Shown here piece after piece: positions 53,691 through 64,000 of a stretch of 64,000 nucleotides of DNA. This DNA is from Tubiluchus corallicola. Taxonomy: Eukaryota > Animalia > Priapulida. The first letter of the stretch is position 1. Each line of letters begins with the position of its first letter. The stretch is taken from positions 1 through 64,000 of the forward strand of contig JAQGDQ010000656.1 of assembly GCA_030141605.1 (NCBI GenBank), read 5' to 3'. The notes under the pieces were generated by a model. The model saw nothing but the letters and a program-made list of their open reading frames with translations, did no database searches and was not told the origin of the DNA. The position numbers and the translations under genes are program-made.

Positions 53691-54001
53691 CAGTGGTTCC
53701 CAAAGTAGGGGTAAATTAGCCCCCGGGGGTAATATGGTTTTTTGGGGGGTAACGGGCACTCCTCTGAAAATTTTTAAAACTTCGCTCGGAATGCATTTTA
53801 CGTAGTTTTGGCAACAATACAACAACAACACCTGGAAATTTATTTATGTCACGAGCAAACATAAATAATTTTGCTTGCTTGTGGCATATACGTGTGTTTA
53901 CTTTTTGAGTTGGAGAAGTAGTTCTAGGTGGGGGGGGGGGTAATGGACACGACCGGGTTTCCCGATTTGGGTAACGGTCCAAGAAAGTTTGAGAACCACT
54001 G
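53691..54001. mobile_element. hAT (Charlie/Buster-like) MITE in RING intron 1
   Basis: TIR CAGTGGTTCCCAAA / TTTGAGAACCACTG; perfect TSD GTCTAGAT. Confidence 0.93.
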
Positions 54002-54208
54002 GTCTAGATTGTCAGAAATTATCGATAACTTGTATTAATTATTGTGGCTGATATGCCTGATTTCACTGGGCATGTCCTGCTCTGACCGAAGGTCATCAGG
54101 TTGTACATATGTGGTAAAATGCGCACCATCTTGTTAATGCATTTCTCCGTGTCGTAACCTTACGAGAAAAATAAGTCTCGTCATTAACTTGTGTGTTTAT
54201 TCGTCTAG

Positions 54209-54334
54209 AAATGGGTGTCTGTACACAATGCCTACCTCTGCGATCTGACTAGACTACGTGCTGTCACGTTTGAGGAAGCCAAGAAGGCGGTCTCCAGAGT
54301 CATTTTGGTGGAACCAGGCACGACCTTAACAGAG
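54209..54334 (+). CDS. RING protein exon 2 (KWVSVHNAYLCDLTRLRAVTFEEAKKAVSRVILVEPGTTLTE)
   Basis: Acceptor tttattcgtctag; consensus donor gtaagt; 126 bp, phase 0-0; the KW follows RING Cys6 as expected. Confidence 0.78.
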
Positions 54335-55863
54335 GTAAGTAGAGAAAGTCTTACCGGGACGCATGGTGCGCACAAATTGTCAACACACAATTATCAGCCT
54401 ATTCATACACTAACAGATTATCAAAACTCATATTGGAACACTTAGAATTAAGACGCATTTATAATGATCTAATTATGTGCTATAGAATAATTCATGGTGA
54501 CATATCAATCTCAAATGAATCTTTTTTGACTTTGCCCCAGTTGCAAATATTACAAGGGGCCACCACTTGAAATTACAAGTGAAAAAAGCTCACTTAATTG
54601 CTTCAAACATTTCTTCAGCAACAGAGTTGTAAGTTTATGAAATAGACTACCATTACATGTGAATGATGCTCCAACCGTAAATACTTACAACCGAAAATTA
54701 TTTAAAAAACGGCTGTGTCATGTTGATTTTAATAAATTTTTACCTTTTAATGGCACCTATTTTCGTTCTTTAAGTTTTTACCGCAATCTTCTACTTGTAT
54801 TTTTATCATCACAATGTTTGAATTTGCGCTGTTTTTCTAGTGGTCCTTTATTATTTCATTTCACTTTTTAACTGCCTTGTCCCTCAAGTATTGCACTCTG
54901 AAGATTACGACATAAATAAACTTGAGAGGCAAAGAATTGAGGAGTAAGCAGCCGAAACTCGACTCTCAAGTTCCTCCTGAGGACTCCAAAAACCTGTATT
55001 TGTATTTGTTTTTTGTCTTCCTTACTCCTTTCATAACATATTCCTTGCAAAATATTATAACTATACGCATACAAAATTTCTCTCCATTAATACAAACTAT
55101 TTTATGATTATAATTACACTCCTGCAAAAATGAGAATGTAATCGCCTCTCAAAAAACTAAAACTATAATAGGTAAACCTACTCCCATGACCTTCTTTCTC
55201 CAAACTGTGTTTTAGCGCTATCTTGTTCTTACTGACCTACATTACTTTTCCTTTTTCACATTTATTACATAATTCTTTTCTCTCTAGTACAAACTACATA
55301 TACTAACAAATGCCAGGTGCCACTTGCTGGTCGGCCGCTGCTTTGCGATATGCTTCAGTACAACCTAAAGACATGTGCTCGCACCTAGCATAGCCTCTGT
55401 GGTTATCGCATTTCTAGGACCAATTTTTACCTTGGTTTTCATAAACAATAAACAAATAAATAAATAAAAAGTGCTCTCAAAAAATTTGTTAGTTTGCACG
55501 TAATCAAATATATTTGAAATTTCAAAAACAGAATAAATGACTAAAGCTGTAAAAGTTGTTGCATATGAATCAATATTAATACTACTGCTTAGTACTCTGA
55601 TTATTATTGTTATTGCTGTTGCTATTATTAGGCATACTAGTACTGCTAGTCACCACTATCGCAACCACAGTAACTACAAGTAGCTGCAATTTTTCACTAT
55701 CAAATTTAACATCTCCTGATGCAATTCACTGTTCAAAATTTCTATTTAATTCCTCAAAATTTCCGTTTAAATTTTACAAACTTTATTCAAATGTTCAAAT
55801 GCTACATCGGCTGCTACTTTCGCTGCTCCTAGTACAATTACTACTCCTACTTCCGCTCTGCAG

Positions 55864-56028
55864 GAACAAGAAGATGAATTACTAGAAGAGAGACAAAAAG
55901 CAGACTTCACCTGTCCAGACTGTGGCGCTGACATTGATGCCATGGATCTGTTCTACAGTCTAGAACAATCTACGAACATTTGTCTGGAGAATGCAGTGAA
56001 GCAAGTACAAGAAATTGAGTCTTTATTG
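55864..56028 (+). CDS. RING protein exon 3 (EQEDELLEERQKADFTCPDCGADID...TNICLENAVKQVQEIESLL)
   Basis: Acceptor ttccgctctgcag; donor gtaaga; supplies the final CPxC pair and the post-RING NxxLxxxV helix. Confidence 0.82.
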
Positions 56029-56387
56029 GTAAGAAAGTTGTTGTTACTGTTGTTGTTGTTGTTGTTGTTGCTTCATCTGAAGAGGGCAAGGTCACCAGTA
56101 AGGTTATGGGGAATGGGGTAATAGCAGCCTCTGTTTGAGTGGGTGGGTTCGTGTTTGATCCCTGAGAGGACGGGCTACAACGGCCCTGAAACTAACCCCT
56201 GCCCTCCCAATCTCGAATAATATAAAATTCAATACCCATGTTGCTATTTTTACTAATTCGTTAATTAATTATTTCGTTAATTAATTAGCAATCTCTGGAA
56301 CACAAAAAGCGTTTTGAATGTTTCTAACGTGTTTGCGAAAACGAAAATTGAAGTTCAGTTCTGCTGTGATATTCTACTAAAACTAAG

Positions 56388-56858
56388 CTTACATCAGAAA
56401 CTAACATAATTTCCAAGAGCAAAAATATTCCACGAGCGTGTTGCACGTGTTTGCGAAAGCGAAAATTGAAGTACAGTGCTACTGTAAGATATTCAGTGTG
56501 TTGTACTAAAACTAGGCAAGATTTAAGATAAAAATTCAAATTTTAAATTTGCCGCTGTGCTCACGCATGAGCTGTCGAACGTGTGTAGTTCATCACAAAC
56601 TAACACATCTTAATTGAAAGGTACAGCACCTGGTTTTGTGCAACGCGTTTTCAAAATGCAGATGCTAGTGTTCGTCTAACTAGCGAATTGCGAAATGCAT
56701 GTAACAGTGGAGAACTAGTGACGCGAACGTGAAATTGTGTTTGTGTGGTAATAACTCACTTCACGTGAGTCATTTTTTGAAGAAACTGTATGTTTCCTTT
56801 CAATATTTTAAAGAGTAGATCGTTTTGACTTACAGTTTAAGATTTGGTCCGGTTTTGC
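56388..56858 (+). mobile_element. Family A copy (5'-truncated) in RING intron 3
   Basis: High similarity to 37995..38457. Confidence 0.8.
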
Positions 56859-57232
56859 TTAAGTGTAACGAATTCTACAAGGATTCGCTATTGCAGTTCT
56901 GCTCAACATCAAAGGTACCTAAAATCTTATCGTTAATAAACACTTAATCTACCTAAAAAAACTCCTTTCTAAACACTAAGTTGCCTTGGAAACCACAGAG
57001 CTCTCTACTACACAGCGCTAGATATTTTATAACCTCTGGATTGCCACGGTGTCCATTAGTGGTTTCTTTACCACTTCATAATGCAAACGTATTGGCTCAT
57101 TGCTATGCCGCTAATTAGTAAAACTTGCAAGTAATACAGGTATGCCGAGCCGATGCAATTCTCCGATGTCTTTTAAGTCTATTGCGAGTAACTTAAAGGA
57201 AAGTAAAGCCTTGAATGAATGAATAGATGGAT

Positions 57233-57352
57233 GGCGGGCGGGCGGGCGGACGGACGGACGGACGGACGGACGGACGGACGGACGGACGGACGGACGGACG
57301 GACGGACGGACGGACGGACGGACGGACGGATGGATGGATGGATGGATGGATG
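57233..57352. repeat. Tetramer microsatellite (GGCG)n(GGAC)n(GGAT)n
   Basis: Directly visible. Confidence 0.97.
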
Positions 57353-57466
57353 AAATAATGAATAAATTAATTAATGTACAAATAGCAGACAGATGGACAA
57401 ACGTACAATCAAACGAGTTGACACATCAGTTTTAACGATTATGATAATCAAGCATTTTTCTTGCAG

Positions 57467-57514
57467 GCACTTGAAAATTCGGGCAGCAATGCAGAAATAC
57501 AAAATGAAAATTAA
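57467..57514 (+). CDS. Probable terminal exon of the RING protein (ALENSGSNAEIQNEN*)
   Basis: Strong acceptor tttttcttgcag; phase 0; AATAAA at ~57642. Confidence 0.6.
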   Translation, partial: ALENSGSNAEIQNEN

Positions 57515-57946
57515 TAAGCTTTCCTTCTGCTAGCCACATGGAGGTTCTTCAAATTGTGCAAGAATGTGATTGATATTTGTGCGCCAACAAATTTGTATTG
57601 ATAAAAATGACAAGAAAAACTTGAAATCTTGCTTCAAGCTGAATAAATGTTTAAACAATCCAGACAAAATGTGCTGTTTGCTTCTGATTATTTCCTATTA
57701 AACATTAAACATTGATTACAGTTTACAGTTGCAGTTAGTCAAGTTTAAAACGTGCAAAAGTAACTACACACTCGCGCTCTGAGTCCTGTGTGTCTTGAAA
57801 ATAAGCATTTACGTAAAGCAGCAGTAATCCTAATTCGAATAACCAAAGAAAAGCTTCGCGGAAGAACATATTTATTGTTGGTGCCATTGCCTCTGTATTA
57901 CCTGTCTTAAGACAAAGACGAGATTTATTTACCGTCGTTCATTTAA

Positions 57947-59676
57947 AAAAAGACGGGATGATTTTTCATGTACTACCCCATTTCAAGTCCGATAAAAAAC
58001 ATACATTTTAACACATTTAATACTGGAAAAGCGTTTCTGATAATTAAATAATAGATTAAAAAGTTAATTAACGGCGGGCGAGCTCAACTATTGATGACAT
58101 CACAAACTAACATAATTTTCAACAGCAAAAATATCCTACGAGCGTGTTGGACGTGTTTACGAAAGCGAAAATTGAAGTACAGTACTACTGTCAGATATTG
58201 AGTGTGTCGTACTAAAACTAAGCAAGTTTTAAGATAAAAATTCAATTTCAAATTTACAGCTGTGCTCACACACGAGCTGTCAAAGGTGTGTACTTCGTCA
58301 CGAAATAACACATCTGAACTGAGAAATGCAGTACCTGTTTTTGTGAAATGCGATTCCGAAATGCAGGCGCTAGTGCCCGTCTAACTAGCGAATGGCAAAA
58401 TGCATGTAACAGCGAAGAACTAGTGGCGCGAATGCGAAATTGTGTTTGTGTGGTAATAATATTTTCACGTAAGTATCGCTGTATTGCTGAACCTGTACTT
58501 TATATGTTTAACAAGTCATTTTCAACAGGTATAGTCCCAGACTCTCTGAAAATAGCTAAGGTTAATCCAATTTTTAAAACTGGTGATAAGTCCCAGTTTC
58601 AAAATTATAGACCCATTTAAATTCTTCCCTGTTTTTCCAAAATTCTTGAAAGACTAATGTGTAATAGACTACTAAGTTTCATTAAAAAAACATATTATAT
58701 AGCAAACAACTAGGCTTTAGACAAAACCACTCCACTTACATGGCTCTACTTGAACTTCTTGATTTAATATCAAATGCAATTGACAATAATGAATTTACAA
58801 TTGGTATTTTTATTGATTTATCTAAGGCCTTTGATACTATTGACCATCAAATACTCTTAGATAAATTAAACAACTATGGTGTCAGAGGGCTACCTTTACA
58901 GTGGTTTACAAATTATTTACACAACAATTCATACTAATTAAGAACACATTTTCTTCTTTGAAGCAAATCAACTATGGTGTCCCCCAAGGCTCAATCTTAG
59001 GTCCATTGCTTTTTCTTCTCTATATTAACGATCTCCACAATGTCTCCACTCTGCTAGACTTCATTTTATTTGCCGATGGTACTAACATATTCTATAGTCA
59101 CTCAAGCTATGAATCAATGATAAATACTGTAAACCAAGAACTTGTACACACCTCCACCTGGTTATCACTGGCTAATAAGTTATCACTGAATATTGAAAAA
59201 AACCAAATTTATTGTATTCACAATGCCAACTCGCTGTCCATATTTAACAAAATTATAAATTAAACTTACTTGAAACATATAACTGATCACTCAATCATGA
59301 TTTGTTGTTTTTCATTTTCAAAAACTTCCCCTCTAGTATAATAATATTTTTATTACTTCCCACCCGTATTTATATTTGTATATATCGTAATATTGTGTCT
59401 GTATATATTGCAATTTTTTTCGTAACTAATTCTAGTGGCCTACCATACGCTGGCTTCTTAGGTCTCTAGCGCAAAATTCATGAATTGTATCATATGTTTG
59501 TATTAACAAAAACTGATTATCGTGCACATGTAATGTACATGTATATGTTTATTGCGAAATAAATCTATTAAATCTAAAAAATCTAAGTCATTTTTGAAAA
59601 AATAATGTGTTCTCTTTCAATATTTTAAAGAGTAGATTGTTTTGACTTACAGTTTAACATTGGGTCCGGTTTTGCT
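57947..59676 (+). mobile_element. Family A copy split by a LINE insertion
   Basis: 57947..58474 plus 59589..59676 reconstitute the element; TTAA at both ends. Confidence 0.85.
58475..59583 (+). mobile_element. 5'-truncated CR1/L2-group LINE (reverse transcriptase pseudogene)
   Basis: AKVNPIFKTGD..NYRPI, FIDLSKAFDTIDH, YGVPQGSILGPLLFLLYINDL, FADGT (catalytic DD mutated); stops and frameshifts; TAAGT duplicated at both ends; aataaatctattaaatct tail. Confidence 0.92.
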
Positions 59677-59774
59677 TTAACAGAACATTAGCACTAACGG
59701 CTATTTAGCGACAAACGTTTACAACAATGCAGGTACGGACCAACTCACATATAACAAGTAGGATATATGCGTTT

Positions 59775-59840
59775 CCAGGCGTTAGTATCGAACTCAAGAC
59801 TGCATTTTGCTGCCAGAAATCTAAACCACTCGGCCACTCA
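59775..59840 (-). mobile_element. tRNA-derived SINE head remnant
   Basis: Minus strand TGGCCGAGTGG (box A) and GAGTTCGATAC (box B). Confidence 0.5.
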
Positions 59841-60854
59841 ACCCAGGACGGTACAATGAGAAAGTGTTGGTAGCTTTTAGAGTTAGCCAGACGAATGGAT
59901 GCATAGATGCGCTATTTTTAAGACTAAACAACGCAGCCTACGCTACCAGTAACATTTCTGCGAGTTGACAGTCTCGTTATAAATTCGTGAAGCGTGTTAC
60001 CAGTCAAAAAAGACGTGGAATTCGTGAGGCAGGCAGCTGCTACTTCAGAATCTCGGATGATTTGCGCAAAGGACGTAATATCCAATACACCTCTGCAGCC
60101 AACTATTGTACAGCAAAAACCCATATAATTCGTGCGCTGGTTTTAAATACTGTCAATTGACTTTGCAGACGAGATTTAAAGGAGTATAAACCGAAAATGA
60201 GAGAAGCAGAAATTAACGAACGAAAGTAGAAACAAAGAGGAAAAAGAGGCGGGAGGTCGAAAAACAGAAATAATGAAAAATGAAGAATGGATAGATGGAT
60301 GGGAAGAGAAGAAAATGAAGGCAATGGCAGGGTAAAAAAGGCGGATAAAACAACGGGAGGAAGGGGAAAAGAATTTGCATGAGAATAAAGAGGATGAAAA
60401 GGGAAGGTAAAAAGAAGAGAAAAGGGAAGACGAGGAGTAACGTTCGCTCTGCTTTTTTCAACTGTCCGATGCTGGGTTCCAAAACATTTATCATTTTTGT
60501 TTCCGAAGTTTCTGCATTGTCTATTTTGATATGGTGACTTGTGCCAAAAATTAACAGCAAACTAGACCACTGACCGGTGACCTTGACCTTGACCTTTTAA
60601 GTTAAAGTCGCTGTCCAATATAACTTCATGTGGACTTTTCTCATGGGATGAAGTTATAGTCTGTTTAGAATTATTGTAAACGGCTGCCAAACTTAGAAAT
60701 TCATCCTTTACATGTTCAACCCTATTTCCCAGCATACGTTTACGTGAAATATGTTTGCCAACCCAACTTAGGACCACTTGCTAGACATTTGCCCGTTTTC
60801 AGTCACCCGTTGTGAAAATCTAGGAGTGCAAAGAGTCAATTTATGAAACAAATT

Positions 60855-61160
60855 GCTCTTTGACCTTAAAGTTAACCTTGTCAAGGTCACCAGTTACTGA
60901 CCTAAATACCTACTCAAGCTCACCAAGGACTGATCTAAGCGACCTAGCTAAGGTTAACTATTACTGACCTTGAACGGCTTAGGAAAAGGTAAGCAATTGC
61001 TGCCCTTTAACAGCTTAGCCAAGATCAAAAAGTACTAACCTAGGCGAGTTAGCCTAGATCAAAATTATTGACCTCAAACGGCTTTGCCAAGGTCAAAAAG
61101 TACTATCCTAAGCTAATCAGCCAACATCAACGATTACTGACCTTAAACGACTTAGCAAAC
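60855..61160. repeat. Degenerate ~35-bp tandem repeats (tactgacct...gccaaggtcaaa)
   Basis: Recurrent ttactgacct / aaggtca / aagatcaaaa motifs. Confidence 0.55.
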
Positions 61161-61279
61161 GAGTAGCACACCCGGTAACACTCACGTATTAAAAACACAA
61201 CTCGTGCCTTACCAAAAAGAGCATAGATCAGCACAACTATGTAACATGCAGCAAAAATGTAGGAATCCTTATGGCTCAC

Positions 61280-61414
61280 TCCCTGCAGAATCTCCTCGCA
61301 TATGTTCAGGTCAAAGTTCAAGTTTTCTAGCGTAGCTTTGTCTACTTTCTTCAAGAAAGAACACGCTTCGGTGATGTTTTCAATAACCTGACGTACTGCG
61401 TCCACTTCTGCCAT
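61280..61414 (-). CDS. Candidate first coding exon of an unidentified gene (MAEVDAVRQVIENITEACSFLKKVDKATLENLNFDLNICEEILQG)
   Basis: aaacATGG start context, protein-like helical composition, donor gtgagc; downstream exons not established. Confidence 0.4.
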
Positions 61415-62409
61415 GTTTGTTGCATTGTGACATCACCAAAAAACTGCACTGTTTGTAACAATGTTGGGCAACTTCAACAACATAATACTACTCAGCGTAA
61501 CTTAACCATTGCTGCTTCGCTTGATTAACACTGTTTTAAATGTGGAAAATTCTGCTGATCTGTTTCATGTCTACACTGAGTCTATGACGAAAGTCCTTTA
61601 TGACTTTAACCGCAACAGCTAACCACTGGTCAAAGTTATGTCTGCACTGAGCAACGTCTTTACTCACACACGTAGTTTCGCAGAAGTGGACATCTTATTT
61701 GTTCAACTCTGTGTTCACGTAACACGTTTCACTTCTTCAAGTCTGACAAAGTTTTCCTGTCGACCTGTTTATCCAACTGCTTTACGCGCCATTTTTCTCT
61801 TGCATTCCCGATGAACTCCATGATCGAAGTAGCCGATTGGGCAACTTTTTTCAATATTTAACTTTTCCCTAATATTTAGTCATTTTACTAATAATTATGC
61901 AGAACTTCAACGTTAAAAATAAAACAAAAACACCCGTCTTTTGATTATTGGAGCAAACTTCTATTTAGCTGTTCTGCTAGGCACTTTACACCACTTATTC
62001 TATTAGACGCGAGTCTATACGACGCGCAAACTTAGTTTAGCTCTTAATCTAAACATTCTTCAATGCCTGAAGACATGCGCAGACTTGAGACATAACGGGT
62101 TTTCACATTCATCGCTCAATAGCCGAGTTACACGCATCTAGGAGTTCAGCTTCATTCAGTAAAACGCTCAGATTCATGTCCAATGGTTTCATTAAACACG
62201 TGACATGTCACTACAGGTTTTTCTTTCAAAATGCAGTATAATCCTTGCTAATACTAGATAAATAAATAGTACGTTATTAGTATTAAGCTTAGCCGCATCA
62301 CTCTTCACAGGAAAATAATTCTTAGTACAAATTATTTAATATTTAATACTTACGGCGCCTTCATAGTTTTCTATCTGAGAACGAACTCGCAAGTTTGAGC
62401 GGCTTTGTG

Positions 62410-63095
62410 AGAACCGTCGCCAGAGTGTCAATTTGCGCTTACTGTCGGAGAGAACTACCCCAGCAAACTGTCGCCAGCTTTGCTGAGTGTCAATTCACAC
62501 TTACTGTCGGAGAGAACTACACCAGCAAACTGTCGCCAGCTTCGCTGAGTGTCAATTCGCGCTTACTGACGGAGAGAACTACACCAGCAAACTGTCGCCA
62601 GCTTTGCTGAGTGTCAATTCGCGCTTACTGTCGGAGAGAACTACCCCAGCAAACTGTCGCCAGCTTTGCTGAGTGTCAATTCGCACTTACTGTCAGAGAG
62701 AACTACACCAGCAAACTGTTGCCAGCTTTGCTGAGTGTGAATTCGCAATTACTGTCGGAGAGACTTACACCAGCAAACTGTCGCCAGCTTTGCTGAGTGT
62801 CAGTTTGTGCTTACTGTCGGAGAGAACTACACCAGCAAACTGTCGCCAACTTTGCTGAGTGTCAATTCGCGCTTACTGTCGGAGAGAACTACACCAGCAA
62901 ACTGTTGCCAGCTTTGCTGAGTGTGAATTCGCAGTTACTGACGGAGAGAACTACACCAGCAAACTGTCGCCAGCTTTGCTGAGTGTCAATTCGCGCTTAC
63001 TGTCGGAGAGAACTACGCCAGCAAACTGTCGCCAGCTTTGCTGAGTGTGAATTCTCGCTTACTGTCTGAGAGAACTACACCAGCAAACTCTCGGA
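62410..63095. repeat. 62-bp tandem repeat, ~11 copies, inside a Harbinger-like MITE (~62380..63180)
   Basis: Unit gtgtcaattcgcgcttactgtcggagagaactacaccagcaaactgtcgccagctttgctga; right flank ends ctagtctgaacgcgc like the 17131 end. Confidence 0.95.
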
Positions 63096-63364
63096 GAGTT
63101 TGCAAAAGCTTGGTCGTCAGAATTCGCAAAGCAGTTCACACGAGTTTTCTGTCAGAGAGTCTGCTAGTCTGAACGCGCTTATAGTCCATAAACTAAGACA
63201 AAGGCATTCGTTCGCTTGGTCTGTTTGATTGGGCAGTTCTATAGTCAGTTACGTACACCTGACGAAGCTATCATGTCAGAACTTAGATAAGAGGTCAAGT
63301 ACCAATAACTGTACTATCACCTACATGCTGCCTTATTGCACATAGCGCTTGTGTTATCAGTAAC

Positions 63365-63673
63365 GTTGTATAAAACTTTTAATTTTAAATTCCGATGACT
63401 ACCGTTGGTCGCAGCCATTTTCAGGTCATTCGTTTTAAACATGTTTAGGTAACATAGCATGTAACTTGAAAAAGTAATCGCAGCATTTGTAGTTCACACA
63501 TCACTAAGAAAGCAGAAGTAAATTACTTTTTCTTGTCAATAAGACTAAATAGTCAGGTTTTTTTTGGTGAATCAGCAGTACTCACTGGAAAGGTAAGTCT
63601 GTGACATTTTACCGTTTCGCTCTAACGTTTTAAATTTACTTTTCTATTTACATATGTATTTCAAGCAGGTAAG
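63365..63673 (-). mobile_element. Old diverged fragment of family B
   Basis: Colinear with 52470..52765 (aaattact..tcttgtcaataaga..gacattttacc..aggtaag). Confidence 0.6.
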
Positions 63674-64000
63674 TGTGGTTGCTAAGTGTGGTTGCTAGCG
63701 GCACCTAGTTAACGTTTGTGAAATCTTTTTAGTTTCAACCTTGTTTAACTTTGTCATTCATTACAGCCAATCAGATGTCAGAAGCCAAATTTGGGTATAG
63801 TCACGTGACTTTCATGACCTGCTTTACCTGTTCATACTTACACGTATGCGATTAGCTTTTTCTTACTGCCGTAGTTCTGGTGAACTCACTAAATACTGTT
63901 TTGTTATCCAGGATGCAAATTAATCACCAAATTTTAAATTCAGTTAATTAATTTAGACTAAATTATCTTTATCTCGTAGATTAACGCAATAACCTGCTAT

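Noticed and set aside
53651-53719. C-terminal extension VNESKQSV... of the RING ORF
   Set aside because: Read-through into the intron and MITE past the gtaaac donor
61660-61730. RCPLLRNYVC resembling part of a nanos zinc finger (minus strand)
   Set aside because: Bounded by stop codons and lacks the other CCHC ligands
62395-63044. Series of 61-aa ORFs with CxxC-like motifs
   Set aside because: Periodic translation of the 62-bp tandem repeat

Overview
AT-rich, repeat-dense genomic DNA from an invertebrate bilaterian animal (spliceosomal introns, LINE/SINE/MITE relics); the species cannot be determined from this window. Three genes could be assembled by hand from splice signals. (1) A two-exon, 97-aa secreted six-cysteine peptide resembling eclosion hormone (16660..16809 + 26414..26557, + strand); the ORF track shows only its first half. 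(2) A convergent, strongly diverged trissin-receptor-like class A GPCR (main exon 30996..32236, - strand) lacking several canonical activation motifs. (3) A four-exon, 238-aa RING protein (53273..57514) with Asp replacing the His ligand and a 61-residue insert inside the RING. The rest is mobile DNA: a 5S-rRNA-headed SINE with an 11-bp TSD, several hAT- and Kolobok-type MITEs (many nested), RTE/RTEX/CR1-L2 fragments whose 3' tails appear to have seeded large microsatellites, 41-, 62-, 71- and ~100-bp tandem arrays, and many local inverted repeats. All family assignments come from remembered motifs, not database searches.
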